A DNA stretch of 64,000 bases, taken from Deltaproteobacteria bacterium. GTDB taxonomy: Bacteria; Desulfobacterota; Desulfobacteria; Desulfobacterales; QNYZ01. The notes under the pieces are model-generated. The model saw only the letters and a program-made list of their open reading frames with translations. It ran no database searches and was not told the origin of the DNA. The stretch covers positions 8,079 to 72,078 of the forward strand of contig QNYZ01000058.1 in NCBI GenBank assembly GCA_003973265.1, written 5' to 3'. Of the stretch, positions 18,879-28,017 are shown piece by piece. Within the stretch, counting starts at the first letter, position 1. Every line of letters begins with the position of its first letter. The translations under genes and the position numbers were made by a program.

Positions 18879-19997
18879 TTAAAGCGAAATAATATAATCA
18901 TCAAGCCCCAGGCGGGTCAGCACATCCACGCCGTCGGTGGTTACCACGACCTGATTTTCCAGCCGGACACCGCCCCAGCCGGGGAGATAAATTCCCGGTT
19001 CCACCGTGCAGATCATTCCGGGTGCCAGGACCGTATCGCTGGTCGGGTTTAACCGGGGGGCTTCATGAATCGCGAGACCGGTTCCATGACCCAGCCCGTG
19101 GGTGAATTTCCCGCCAAATCCGGCCGATTCAATATGGTTTCGGGCCACGGCATCCACTTTTTTGGCGCTGATCCCCGGCCGGATTGCCCGGGTCGCCAAT
19201 TCATGGGCACGTCGGACAGCCTGATAAACCGATAAAAAGGTGTCGTCCGGTTTACCCAGGATAACCGTTCTTGAGGTATCCGAGCAATAACCGTTCTTGC
19301 GGATTCCCCAGTCAAAAAGAATCGGCTCTGCGGCCTTTATCTCCCGGTCTCCGGGAATGGCATGGGGAAGGGCGCTGTTGGGGCCGCCGGCCACAATGAC
19401 GGGGAACGACAGGCCGTCGGCGCCCGCTTCCCTCAACCCCTTTTCCATCTCCCAGGCAACGGCCTTTTCGGTAGTTCCCGGAGCCAGGTTTTTTAGAACA
19501 TGTGAGAAAACGGCTTCCGCGATGGCTGACGCTTTGCGGGTCTGTTCAATTTCGTCATCGTTTTTAACCACGCGCAGCGATTCAACCCAATCCGTGGCAG
19601 GGACCATCTCAATGCGATTGGGGTGCCGCCGGAGGTATTTATCGATACTCTGATATTGGGCGTATGGCATCCGCCGGGCCTCAAAACCGAGGCGCTCTGT
19701 TTTTAAATCCGCGAGAATATCCGGCAGGGCCTGGGGCACGCCTTTGTCATACGTGATCACCTCATAATCGGGCGCTTCCCTGACCGCTTGAAGCGTGTAC
19801 CGTCCGTCTGTGGCCAGTTTAAGTGACGTGGCCGTGATGAGCAATACGCCGGCCGTTTCGTCGAACTGGCCGTCTTCTCCTGTAAATCCACTTAGATAAC
19901 GACGGTTTTCTTCAGTGCTGACAATGAATGTGTCGATATCGCTGGCAGCCAGTTTTTCCCGGATACCCGATATTCTGTCTGATAAATGGCGGTTCAC
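18879..19997 (-). CDS. Xaa-Pro aminopeptidase / M24 family metallopeptidase
   Basis: Creatinase-like N-terminal domain plus the M24 metal ligands (DWG..., HGLGHGTGLAIHE, EPGIY). Confidence 0.85.
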   Translation of the reverse strand: MNRHLSDRISGIREKLAASDIDTFIVSTEENRRYLSGFTGEDGQFDETAGVLLITATSLKLATDGRYTLQAVREAPDYEVITYDKGVPQALPDILADLKTERLGFEARRMPYAQYQSIDKYLRRHPNRIEMVPATDWVESLRVVKNDDEIEQTRKASAIAEAVFSHVLKNLAPGTTEKAVAWEMEKGLREAGADGLSFPVIVAGGPNSALPHAIPGDREIKAAEPILFDWGIRKNGYCSDTSRTVILGKPDDTFLSVYQAVRRAHELATRAIRPGISAKKVDAVARNHIESAGFGGKFTHGLGHGTGLAIHEAPRLNPTSDTVLAPGMICTVEPGIYLPGWGGVRLENQVVVTTDGVDVLTRLGLDDYIISL

Positions 19998-20084
19998 GTG
20001 ATCTCCTGATGTTCGGTTATGGTATTACAGGGTATGGCCGGCCCAATGATATCCAATGCTTTATACGGGGCGCATTCTCCCCTG

Positions 20085-20804
20085 TCAGTCAGCGGGTTCT
20101 TCGCAGGTGGCATCCGGGTCAGGCGCCTGGTCGGTGTGCCGGACCAGAATTTTATTTGCCAGCCCCTGGCCCAGGACAAAGCGCTTGCAGTCAGCCGATA
20201 TCACCAGCTGCCCGTGGGAGTGATGCGAGATAATTTCAACAAGATCACCGGGGCGAAGCCCCATGGACAGCAACCGTGTTTTGGCCATCATTCCACCTTT
20301 AAACGACTCAATTATAACGCGTTCTCCGGGTCGTGCTTCTGTCAGGGGCATTTCTTTGTCCCGGATATTAATACAGTCTCCGCAGATTCCGTAAATTTCC
20401 ATTTTGTGCTGGAGCATATGGAAATCATAGTTGGTGGCAATCTGGTATTGCAATTGCTCCATCTGCTGGTTTTCAAACTCGATGATTTTACCGCATTTGG
20501 TACAGATCATATGGTCATGATGTTGTCGCGGATGCCGGTGCTCATATCGCACAGCGCCGTTTTGAAAGTGATTTTTCTGGGCAAATCCGTAATCACACAG
20601 CAATCTCATCGTTTCTATTATAAATGCAGGGGGGTATGATTGCCCATGCTCGCTCAGCAACCGTGAGATTTCATCTACCGTCATATGGCGTTCGGTCGTT
20701 AAAAATATTTCAAGGATTTTGAACCGGTCGTCAAAGCGATCGATTTTTTCCTGTTTGAACAATTTGCGGAACTGCTCTTTTTCCTGGACGTGTATGGGGC
20801 GCAT
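20085..20804 (-). CDS. Fur-family metalloregulator fused to a C-terminal FeoA domain
   Basis: Start at MRPIHV (ATG 20804). The Fur core carries HHDHMICTKCGKI and a second CGDC pair. It is followed by a full FeoA/SH3-like domain (PLTEARPGERVIIESFKGG...RLLSMGLRPGDLVEII...ANKILV). Confidence 0.8.
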   Translation of the reverse strand: MRPIHVQEKEQFRKLFKQEKIDRFDDRFKILEIFLTTERHMTVDEISRLLSEHGQSYPPAFIIETMRLLCDYGFAQKNHFQNGAVRYEHRHPRQHHDHMICTKCGKIIEFENQQMEQLQYQIATNYDFHMLQHKMEIYGICGDCINIRDKEMPLTEARPGERVIIESFKGGMMAKTRLLSMGLRPGDLVEIISHHSHGQLVISADCKRFVLGQGLANKILVRHTDQAPDPDATCEEPAD

Positions 20805-20929
20805 GAATAAGATCCTGTAGATGCAATGGTAACCAAAAATAATAGCGACGAAACAGTTCCTTGTCAATTTTCAGCCGGCTTGAATTTTTATTAAAGGGGG
20901 CCGGCTGGTTTTTCAGCATCTCAAAATGA

Positions 20930-20959
20930 CAAGGGCGACTCACCATTGAGTCGCCCTTG
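20930..20959. promoter_or_regulatory. Perfect 13-bp inverted repeat with a 4-nt loop (CAAGGGCGACTCA-CCAT-TGAGTCGCCCTTG)
   Basis: Read directly from the sequence. It lies about 125 nt upstream of the fur-feoA start. On the minus strand it is followed by TCATTTTGAG, so it could be a leader terminator/attenuator or an operator. Confidence 0.5.
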
Positions 20960-21253
20960 AGGAGAAAGGAGGAGGTATGAAACTGTCTTTAGTATTATAC
21001 AAATACTGTGCCAGAAATAAAAAACAATGCAAAATATCTGGGAAAAATAAAATTATCAATGTAAATACAACGTATTATATTTTAATTTATTAATAACCCT
21101 GTCGAATCCAGCGCAGGTGTACGCCAAAGACGCCCGCACCAGAGAGGTTCAGGCGCGTCAGTCCCCTGCCAATCGTCATACTCGAATTACAATTATTGTA
21201 ATTCAAAAAGAGGATTACTTTAAATAGTAGAGTGTTCGTGGTATGTGACGAGA

Positions 21254-21952
21254 ATGAATATACAGATTGGAGCAAAACGGTGGCAGTCGATTATTCAGGA
21301 AGGAGCTGCGCAGCTGGGCGTAATGGTTGATGATTCTGCCATGCGGGGATTTGAAACGCATGCCACCGAAATGATAAAATTTAATCGGAAAATAAACCTG
21401 ACCGCCATCACCGATCCGTATGGGATCGCTGTCAAACATATCGTTGATTCACTGGCGGCCGCACCGCATCTGCCTGATCAGGTCCGATTGCTGGATATCG
21501 GTTCCGGTGCCGGGTTTCCCGGTATTCCACTTAAACTCGTTCGACCCGCATCGGCCGTGACGCTGATAGATGGATCTGTTCGTAAGGTCAGCTTTTTAAA
21601 ACACATCATTCGACAGTTGAACCTTGAGGGGATATGTGCCTGTCACCTTCGGGCAGAGCAGATGGCGCCTTCCCGGAATACGGGCTTTAATGTGGTTGTT
21701 TCAAGGGCTCTGGCCGATCTTGAGCGCTGTATACAGCTGGCGTATCCGCTGGTGGACAAAGAAAAAGGCATCATCATTGCCTTAAGGGGACATGTCGCTG
21801 AAACAGAGGTGACCGCATTGCGTCAATTGTTAAAAGGGAGAGATTCCGGCCATGGTGCAGTGGAAAATGGCTTCAGTTTAAAAATCGAACGGTTTTCGCT
21901 TCCGTTTTCAGGGGATCAACGTACCCTGGTGATTGTCCGGTGTAAAGGATAG
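21254..21952 (+). CDS. rsmG: 16S rRNA (guanine527-N7)-methyltransferase RsmG (GidB)
   Basis: KFNRKINLTAI, the SAM-binding LLDIGSGAGFPGIPLK motif and RA(L) near the C-terminus. The start is either GTG 21245 or ATG 21254. Confidence 0.85.
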   Translation: MNIQIGAKRWQSIIQEGAAQLGVMVDDSAMRGFETHATEMIKFNRKINLTAITDPYGIAVKHIVDSLAAAPHLPDQVRLLDIGSGAGFPGIPLKLVRPASAVTLIDGSVRKVSFLKHIIRQLNLEGICACHLRAEQMAPSRNTGFNVVVSRALADLERCIQLAYPLVDKEKGIIIALRGHVAETEVTALRQLLKGRDSGHGAVENGFSLKIERFSLPFSGDQRTLVIVRCKG

Positions 21953-22126
21953 CGACGCCGTCCGGTGTGCGTGATGGCTCATGGCCGGCAGCGGCCTGGA
22001 ACGATCCGGCTTGACTTGCATGCCTAAAAACACATAAACTCCAGTAGAAACAAGATCGATGTAAGACAGAAACCGATCCATCGACCCATATACGCGTGGG
22101 CAGGGGTAAAGACAGGAGCGTGGCGC

Positions 22127-22203
<77 letters not shown>

Positions 22204-22399
22204 ACATGGCAACGCATCGATATCATTAAATCGAATTCGTGTCTATCCTAAACCACGATTTTGTCACCGTTAAAGCTGGTTGAATATCATATCGAATAGT
22301 CATTTTTTTCAAGGACAGAACGATATGTCCCCCATACGGTGCATGAGGAAAAAATTGACAATTCAATAGCGATCTTTAACAGCATCACTTAAGGAATTT

Positions 22400-23425
22400 A
22401 TGAAAGCAAAGCAACCCAAAAGAAAAAAACAGGTGAAACCGATACCGAAAGCCACGGCCGGGAAAAAAACAGCGGCAGCCAAAAAAGAGCCTGTAAAAAA
22501 AGCGCTGAAGAAGAAGGTGTCCAAAAAAAAGGATCCTGCGGAAAAACCGGCGGCTTCCAGAAAAGCCGTTGTAAAGTTTGATCCGCTTCAGCGTTACCTG
22601 GCGGAAATCAGCCGGCATTCGCTGTTAACCCGGGAGCGGGAGATCGAGCTGGGCATCCTGATCCAGGAAGAAGGGGACGCCGATGCCGCCTATGAGATGG
22701 TTACATCCAATTTGCGGCTCGTGGTAAAAATCTCACTGGAATTCCAGCGGGTATGGATGCAGAACCTGCTGGACCTGATTCAGGAGGGCAATATCGGGTT
22801 GATGCAGGCCGTTAAAAAATTTGATCCGTATAAAAACGTGAAATTTTCCTATTATGCGTCATTCTGGATTAAAGCGTATATCCTGAAATTTATTATGGAT
22901 AACTGGCGCATGGTAAAAATCGGCACAACTCAGGGCCAGCGCAAACTTTTTTTTAAATTGAAAAAAGAGAAACAAAAACTGATTGATGAAGGCTTTGACC
23001 CTAAGCCGAAGCTGTTATCGGAACGTCTCGGCGTTACGGAAAAAGAAATTGTGAATATGGACCAGCGTCTTAACAGCTGGGACGTGTCTCTGGATGCGCC
23101 GGTAAAAGAAGATTCGGATACTGAAAAGATCGATCTTCTCAATCTTGACGACGAATCGGTGGAAGATCAGGTGGCCCAGAAAGAGATTGAAAGCCTGTTG
23201 CATAAAAAAATCAATCGGTTCAAGAAAAAAATGACGCCGAGAGAAATCTATATTTTTGAGAAGCGGATATTCTCGGAAAGCCCGGCTACGCTCCAGGAAA
23301 TTGGCGATCTTTACGGGATTTCCCGTGAGCGTGTCCGACAGATCGAAAAAAACATCATCAAAAAATTACGAGTCTATTTTAAACAGGAGATCCCTGATTT
23401 CGGGATGTATACAGAGAGCCAATGA
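22400..23425 (+). CDS. rpoH: RNA polymerase sigma-32 (RpoH-like) factor with a roughly 65-aa Lys/Ala/Pro-rich N-terminal extension
   Basis: Sigma-70 regions 2-4 are present, together with an RpoH-box-like QGQRKLFFKLKKEK. The N-terminus KAKQPKRKKQVKPIPKATAGKKTAAAKKEPVKKALKKKVSKKK is histone-H1-like. Confidence 0.75.
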   Translation: MKAKQPKRKKQVKPIPKATAGKKTAAAKKEPVKKALKKKVSKKKDPAEKPAASRKAVVKFDPLQRYLAEISRHSLLTREREIELGILIQEEGDADAAYEMVTSNLRLVVKISLEFQRVWMQNLLDLIQEGNIGLMQAVKKFDPYKNVKFSYYASFWIKAYILKFIMDNWRMVKIGTTQGQRKLFFKLKKEKQKLIDEGFDPKPKLLSERLGVTEKEIVNMDQRLNSWDVSLDAPVKEDSDTEKIDLLNLDDESVEDQVAQKEIESLLHKKINRFKKKMTPREIYIFEKRIFSESPATLQEIGDLYGISRERVRQIEKNIIKKLRVYFKQEIPDFGMYTESQ

Positions 23426-25167
23426 TGACATATACGCAGCAATACCGGGAACCGGGTTTGGGCGGTTTCCGCCGGTTTTTGAATGTATGGGGGGTAGCGG
23501 TTTTTATGGTGGTCATGCTTTCCGGGTGTATCCCGGCATCAACAAAGCAGCTGGCGCAAAAAACAATGCCCGCGACCCGCATTGTCTATCCGGATAGTGC
23601 TTATTATCACTTCCTGCTGGCCCAGCAGGACCGCTCCGCCGGCCGGCTGGAAGCAGCGGTTTTGCAGATTGAAAAAGCCGTTCAGCTGGACCCCGACTCC
23701 GGTTACCTGAAAAAAGAATTAGCCGGTTTGTGGTCGGAACAGAAAAAAAACGAGAAAGCGCTGGAGATTCTGAAAGAGGTCATTGAGCAGGATCCGGATG
23801 ATGTTGATGCGCTGTTGATGGCGAGCCACGCGCAGCTGGCTTTGAATCGTACCGATGATGCCGTCACCACGCTTGAAAAAGTGATTGCAAAAGATGCCGG
23901 GCGGGAAGAGAGCTACCATACCCTGGGCGGTATCTATATCGGAAGAGAAGATTATAAAAACGCCCTGAGGGTGTATCGCCAGCTGGTTAAAGAACACCCG
24001 GAATCGTTTGTCGGGTATTTTTTCCTCGGAAAAATAAACACCAACCTGGGCCGGCCGGAAGCGGCGGAAGAGGCCTTTCAGAAAACACTGCTGCTGGCCC
24101 CGGATCTGGAGGAGCCTCGATTTCGATTAATTGAACTGTATCAATCCCAGGGCCAGGCAGAGAAAGCCACGGCGCTTTACCGGGAGATTCTGACGAGAAA
24201 TCCCCATAGCATCCGCGCCGCCATGGGCCTTGCCTTGTTGAACCATCAGCAGCCGGAGGCCGCGGCCCGGCTTGAAAACCTGGGCCGACAGTCTTTAGCC
24301 GATAAAAATGTGATTTCCGTATTGATCCGTCAATATATTGACACCGAAAAATACGATGACGCCATCATCCTGACCGAAGGCATGCTGAAGGGGGCACCGG
24401 ACAGCGATACGCTCCACTACCTGGCCGGGCTGGCTTACGATAAAAAAGAAAATCAAGCGATGGTGCTGCATCATTTCAGGCAGGTGACCCCCCAGACAAA
24501 GTTTTATAAATACGCCGCGCTTCAAATCGGGTTTATTTTACACGAGCAGGGTAAAACCGATGAGGCCATTTCGCAGCTGGAGACGCTGATCAGGCAGTTT
24601 CCCGAGTATGTTGAGCCATTTCTTTATCTGGGAATTTTTCACGAGGATCTCAAACAATACGAAGCGGCACTTGATTCACTGGAGAAGGGCCTCAGGGTTG
24701 AACCTGAAAATACCCGGCTTCTCTTCCGGGAGGGGGTGATTTTCGATAAGTTGGGAAACAAAGAAAAATGCATTCAGACGATGCGGGAGGTGATCCGGCT
24801 GGACCCAAAACATGCCAACGCGCTGAATTATCTTGGATATACGTATGCCGACCTTGGAAAAAACCTGCCAGAAGCCGAAGATCTGATTAAAGCGGCCGTC
24901 CAGCTGAAGCCCGAAGACGGCTATATTACCGATAGCCTTGGATGGATTTATTATAAAACCGGACGGTATGCAGAGGCTTTGAAAGTGTTATTAAAGGCCG
25001 GTCGCCTGATACCGGACGACCCCACCATTCTGGAGCATATCGGAGATGCTTATCTGAAAACCGAAGGCCGCCGGAAGGCGCTGGAATACTATCGCCGTTC
25101 GTTGAAGGTGAAAAAAGACGATACCGGAGCCATCGAGAAGAAAATTCAGGACTTAACCGGAGAATGA
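23422..25167 (+). CDS. TPR-repeat lipoprotein
   Basis: Signal peptide with lipobox (VVMLSGC) followed by many TPR units. The start overlaps the rpoH stop (ATGA at 23422-23425). Confidence 0.8.
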   Translation: MMTYTQQYREPGLGGFRRFLNVWGVAVFMVVMLSGCIPASTKQLAQKTMPATRIVYPDSAYYHFLLAQQDRSAGRLEAAVLQIEKAVQLDPDSGYLKKELAGLWSEQKKNEKALEILKEVIEQDPDDVDALLMASHAQLALNRTDDAVTTLEKVIAKDAGREESYHTLGGIYIGREDYKNALRVYRQLVKEHPESFVGYFFLGKINTNLGRPEAAEEAFQKTLLLAPDLEEPRFRLIELYQSQGQAEKATALYREILTRNPHSIRAAMGLALLNHQQPEAAARLENLGRQSLADKNVISVLIRQYIDTEKYDDAIILTEGMLKGAPDSDTLHYLAGLAYDKKENQAMVLHHFRQVTPQTKFYKYAALQIGFILHEQGKTDEAISQLETLIRQFPEYVEPFLYLGIFHEDLKQYEAALDSLEKGLRVEPENTRLLFREGVIFDKLGNKEKCIQTMREVIRLDPKHANALNYLGYTYADLGKNLPEAEDLIKAAVQLKPEDGYITDSLGWIYYKTGRYAEALKVLLKAGRLIPDDPTILEHIGDAYLKTEGRRKALEYYRRSLKVKKDDTGAIEKKIQDLTGE

Positions 25168-25982
25168 TCAAACACGGATACTCACCTGTCCTGACTTTTC
25201 GTCGATATCGGCTGTTCATATTCATCCAGGCAATGGTCCTTGCATGGATCTTCAGCGGGTGCGCCGGCCCCCGGCCGGTTCCCGGGGAAAAGGATATCTC
25301 CCGAAAAGCCGGTAAACTGCTTGAAAAACTATCCCGGCAAGAGGCATCGCCTGACCGTTTCAAGGGCTATGGGAGATATTCTCTGGACTCACCGGATGGC
25401 AGATTCTCCGGGCGAATGGCGTGGGCCGTCAAGCAGCCGGACATGTTTCGGGCGGAGATCCTCGATGTCAGCGGGCGGCCGTACACGACTCTTGCCAGTG
25501 ACGGGAAATGGCTCTACATCCATCTCAAGGCGGAAAATAAATTTTATAAAAAACCCGGCACCCAGGCCACTTTCAGCCGTGTCATAGGGGTGCCGGTGAC
25601 GGTAAGGGATATCGTTGTATTTTTGAGCGGCCGGGTGCCTGTCCACGCATATCAGGCAGCACAGGTTCAGGCGGGTGGCGCCACCGGTGTGAGAAAAGGC
25701 CCCGTATTATTCTTGCGGGGAAAATGGAATCGCCCGGTGGAGGAAATTCATTTCGACGGGGACACCCTGTCTCCGGTACGGGTCGTGATGTATTCCCGCA
25801 CAGGGGCGTTTGCATATCAGGTGGATATCAGCGGCAGGCTTCAGCCGGAGCCGACGGCGTATACGTTTTTTCAAACGCTGCTGTTTCAAGACAGCGAACA
25901 CCACGGGATCAAGATAATTGCGGACCGGCTGTGGCCGGATGTGGAGCTGCCGCCATCAATTTTTACATTGAAAAAGCGATAA
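25164..25982 (+). CDS. LolB-like / DUF4292-like outer-membrane lipoprotein
   Basis: Lipobox IFSGCAG. Size and beta-rich composition fit the LolB/DUF4292 family. The start overlaps the TPR gene stop (ATGA at 25164-25167). Confidence 0.5.
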   Translation: MIKHGYSPVLTFRRYRLFIFIQAMVLAWIFSGCAGPRPVPGEKDISRKAGKLLEKLSRQEASPDRFKGYGRYSLDSPDGRFSGRMAWAVKQPDMFRAEILDVSGRPYTTLASDGKWLYIHLKAENKFYKKPGTQATFSRVIGVPVTVRDIVVFLSGRVPVHAYQAAQVQAGGATGVRKGPVLFLRGKWNRPVEEIHFDGDTLSPVRVVMYSRTGAFAYQVDISGRLQPEPTAYTFFQTLLFQDSEHHGIKIIADRLWPDVELPPSIFTLKKR

Positions 25983-26066
25983 TTCGTAATCATTATCTGC
26001 GATGTTTGGCGGTCTTTTGTCCCAGGTCGTACAAGAGGGCTACGGACCGCCGGTAAGGATATACGC

Positions 26067-26861
26067 ATGACTGAAATATCCGGTCTCCCACCGGCAGTGG
26101 CTTTGGAATACCGGTTAAGAGATTGCCGGAACGTTGTCTCCCTGGGCGTTAAACCGAATTTTACGGATTACACGCCTGCCGAAAGGACCTTAATCAAGCG
26201 GGCCGGAAAAATTTACTACCCCAGCTCTTTTTATGCCGATCTCTTTGACGCCATGGGGAAGAAAACATTTCCCAGTTATCATACCTATAAATGTGTCCAG
26301 GATAAAATAAAACAGACAGCCCTGTTCGAATTAACCGGTATCCCCTATCCCCGGACGCGGGTTTTTTACGGTCCCAGGCAGCAGGCAGACATACGCAACC
26401 ATTTTGAATTTCCGTTCGTGGCAAAAGTGCCCCGGGGGTCGGCCATGGGCCGGGGGGTATTTCTGATTGCGGGCGAAAACGGTTTAGACGATTACCTGGC
26501 CCATTGTCGTCCTGCGTACATACAGGAATACCTTCCCATCGATCGGGATATTCGGCTGGTTGTCATCGGTCATCGGGTGGTTCACGCGTATTGGCGGGTG
26601 GCACCACCCGGTGATTTCCGAACCAACGTATCGGTAGGGGGTACGATTTCTCTGGATCCGGTACCGCAGGCGGCCATGGATCTGGCGCTTGATGTTTGCC
26701 GGCGCTGCGGGTGGGATGATGTCGGTATCGATATATGCCGGTATCGGGAAAAATATTTTGTTTTGGAAGCCAACATGAAGTACGGTAAAGAGGGCTTTCG
26801 GGCCGCAGGTATCGACTATAACCTTTTGATGGAACGGATGATCGAAGATGGCGAGATCTGA
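26067..26861 (+). CDS. ATP-grasp (RimK-like) ligase family protein
   Basis: ATP-grasp core segments are present: FPFVAKVPRGSAMGRGVFLI, YIQEYLPIDRDIRLVVIG, NVSVGG and LEANMKYG. Confidence 0.7.
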   Translation: MTEISGLPPAVALEYRLRDCRNVVSLGVKPNFTDYTPAERTLIKRAGKIYYPSSFYADLFDAMGKKTFPSYHTYKCVQDKIKQTALFELTGIPYPRTRVFYGPRQQADIRNHFEFPFVAKVPRGSAMGRGVFLIAGENGLDDYLAHCRPAYIQEYLPIDRDIRLVVIGHRVVHAYWRVAPPGDFRTNVSVGGTISLDPVPQAAMDLALDVCRRCGWDDVGIDICRYREKYFVLEANMKYGKEGFRAAGIDYNLLMERMIEDGEI

Positions 26862-28017
26862 TGAGCGGTTCTTTACGAACCTGAATAAAATACTTTCCGA
26901 CCGGGAAAGGGCGATCCTGGCCAGGATGGCCACGCCCAGCAGCGCTGCCATCCGGCGCCGGGCGGAATCAAAGATAGAAACCGAATATCGCCAGGCCTTT
27001 GCAGTGGATACGGACCGCATCTTATACTCCCGGGCGTATTCTCGCTATATCGATAAAACCCAGGTTTTTTACCTGGTACAAAATGACCATATCACGCACC
27101 GGGTACTCCATGTGCAGCTGGTGGCCAAGATTGCCCGGACCATCGGCCGCTGCCTTGGCTTGAATGAGGATTTAATCGAGGCGATTGCGCTGGGCCATGA
27201 TATCGGTCATGTGCCGTTTGGTCATGATGGCGAACGGTTTTTATCGGATTTATGTAAAGAGAGTGGGATCGGCGCATTTCATCACAGTGTCCAGGGCATC
27301 CAGTTTCTCGATCGTGTGGAACGAAAGGGGGCCGGCTGGAACCTGTGTCTGCAAACCCTCGACGGGATCCTCTGCCACGACGGGGAGATCCACGACCGGA
27401 TCTTGACTCCGGAAACAGGTAAAACGTTTAAAACGCTGGAAAGCCAGATAAATGGCAAAAAAACAAAATTGGATTGTCCCCTGATTCCCATGACACTGGA
27501 AGGTTGTGTGATGCGGATGGCAGATACGATCAGCTATATCGGGCGGGACATTGAAGATGCGATCCGGTTGAACCTGGTCCAAAGGGACGATCTGCCCGAA
27601 GATTGTGTCCGCCACCTGGGAGATACCAACGGCAATATTGTTTATCGTCTGGTAACCGATCTCATCGAGAACAGCCTCGGAAAATCGTATGTTGCATTTA
27701 GTCCGGAAAAAGCACAGGCATTGCTTTGCTTAAAACAGTTTAATTATCGCCGGATTTATCTGAATCCATCTCTCAAAGCCCGAAAAAAAGAGATCCAGGG
27801 ATTATTTGAGCACCTATTTACTAAATATCTGGAAGATCTTGAAGAAAATAACCGATCATCGGCCATCTTTTCCCATTTTCTGGAAGGGATGTCGGTAGAT
27901 TATCTGCAAGGGCATTGTCCCTCAGAGATGGTTCGTGATTTCATTTCAGGAATGACCGACCGCTATTTTTTGAACCAATGTCCTGAAAAACTCCGTCCCA
28001 AACCACTGAAGTTCTAA
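26848..28017 (+). CDS. dGTPase-like HD-domain triphosphohydrolase
   Basis: FAVDTDRILYSRAYSRYIDKTQVF, the HD motif THRVLHVQLVA...ALGHDIGHVPFGHDGE and the C-terminal ISGMTDRY. It overlaps the ATP-grasp gene by 14 nt. Confidence 0.8.
   Translation: MARSDERFFTNLNKILSDRERAILARMATPSSAAIRRRAESKIETEYRQAFAVDTDRILYSRAYSRYIDKTQVFYLVQNDHITHRVLHVQLVAKIARTIGRCLGLNEDLIEAIALGHDIGHVPFGHDGERFLSDLCKESGIGAFHHSVQGIQFLDRVERKGAGWNLCLQTLDGILCHDGEIHDRILTPETGKTFKTLESQINGKKTKLDCPLIPMTLEGCVMRMADTISYIGRDIEDAIRLNLVQRDDLPEDCVRHLGDTNGNIVYRLVTDLIENSLGKSYVAFSPEKAQALLCLKQFNYRRIYLNPSLKARKKEIQGLFEHLFTKYLEDLEENNRSSAIFSHFLEGMSVDYLQGHCPSEMVRDFISGMTDRYFLNQCPEKLRPKPLKF

Noticed and set aside
20999-21013. Sigma-54 promoter (TGGCAC-N5-TTGT, minus strand) as a feature call
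   Set aside because: It is a single match with GT instead of GC at -12. One such hit is roughly what chance would give in 128 kb of two-strand sequence. I mention it only as context in the AT-rich island finding.
20960-21244. Replication origin, suggested by the AT-rich region next to rsmG/gidB
   Set aside because: I found no DnaA-box (TTATCCACA-like) clusters. dnaA, dnaN and parAB are also not adjacent.
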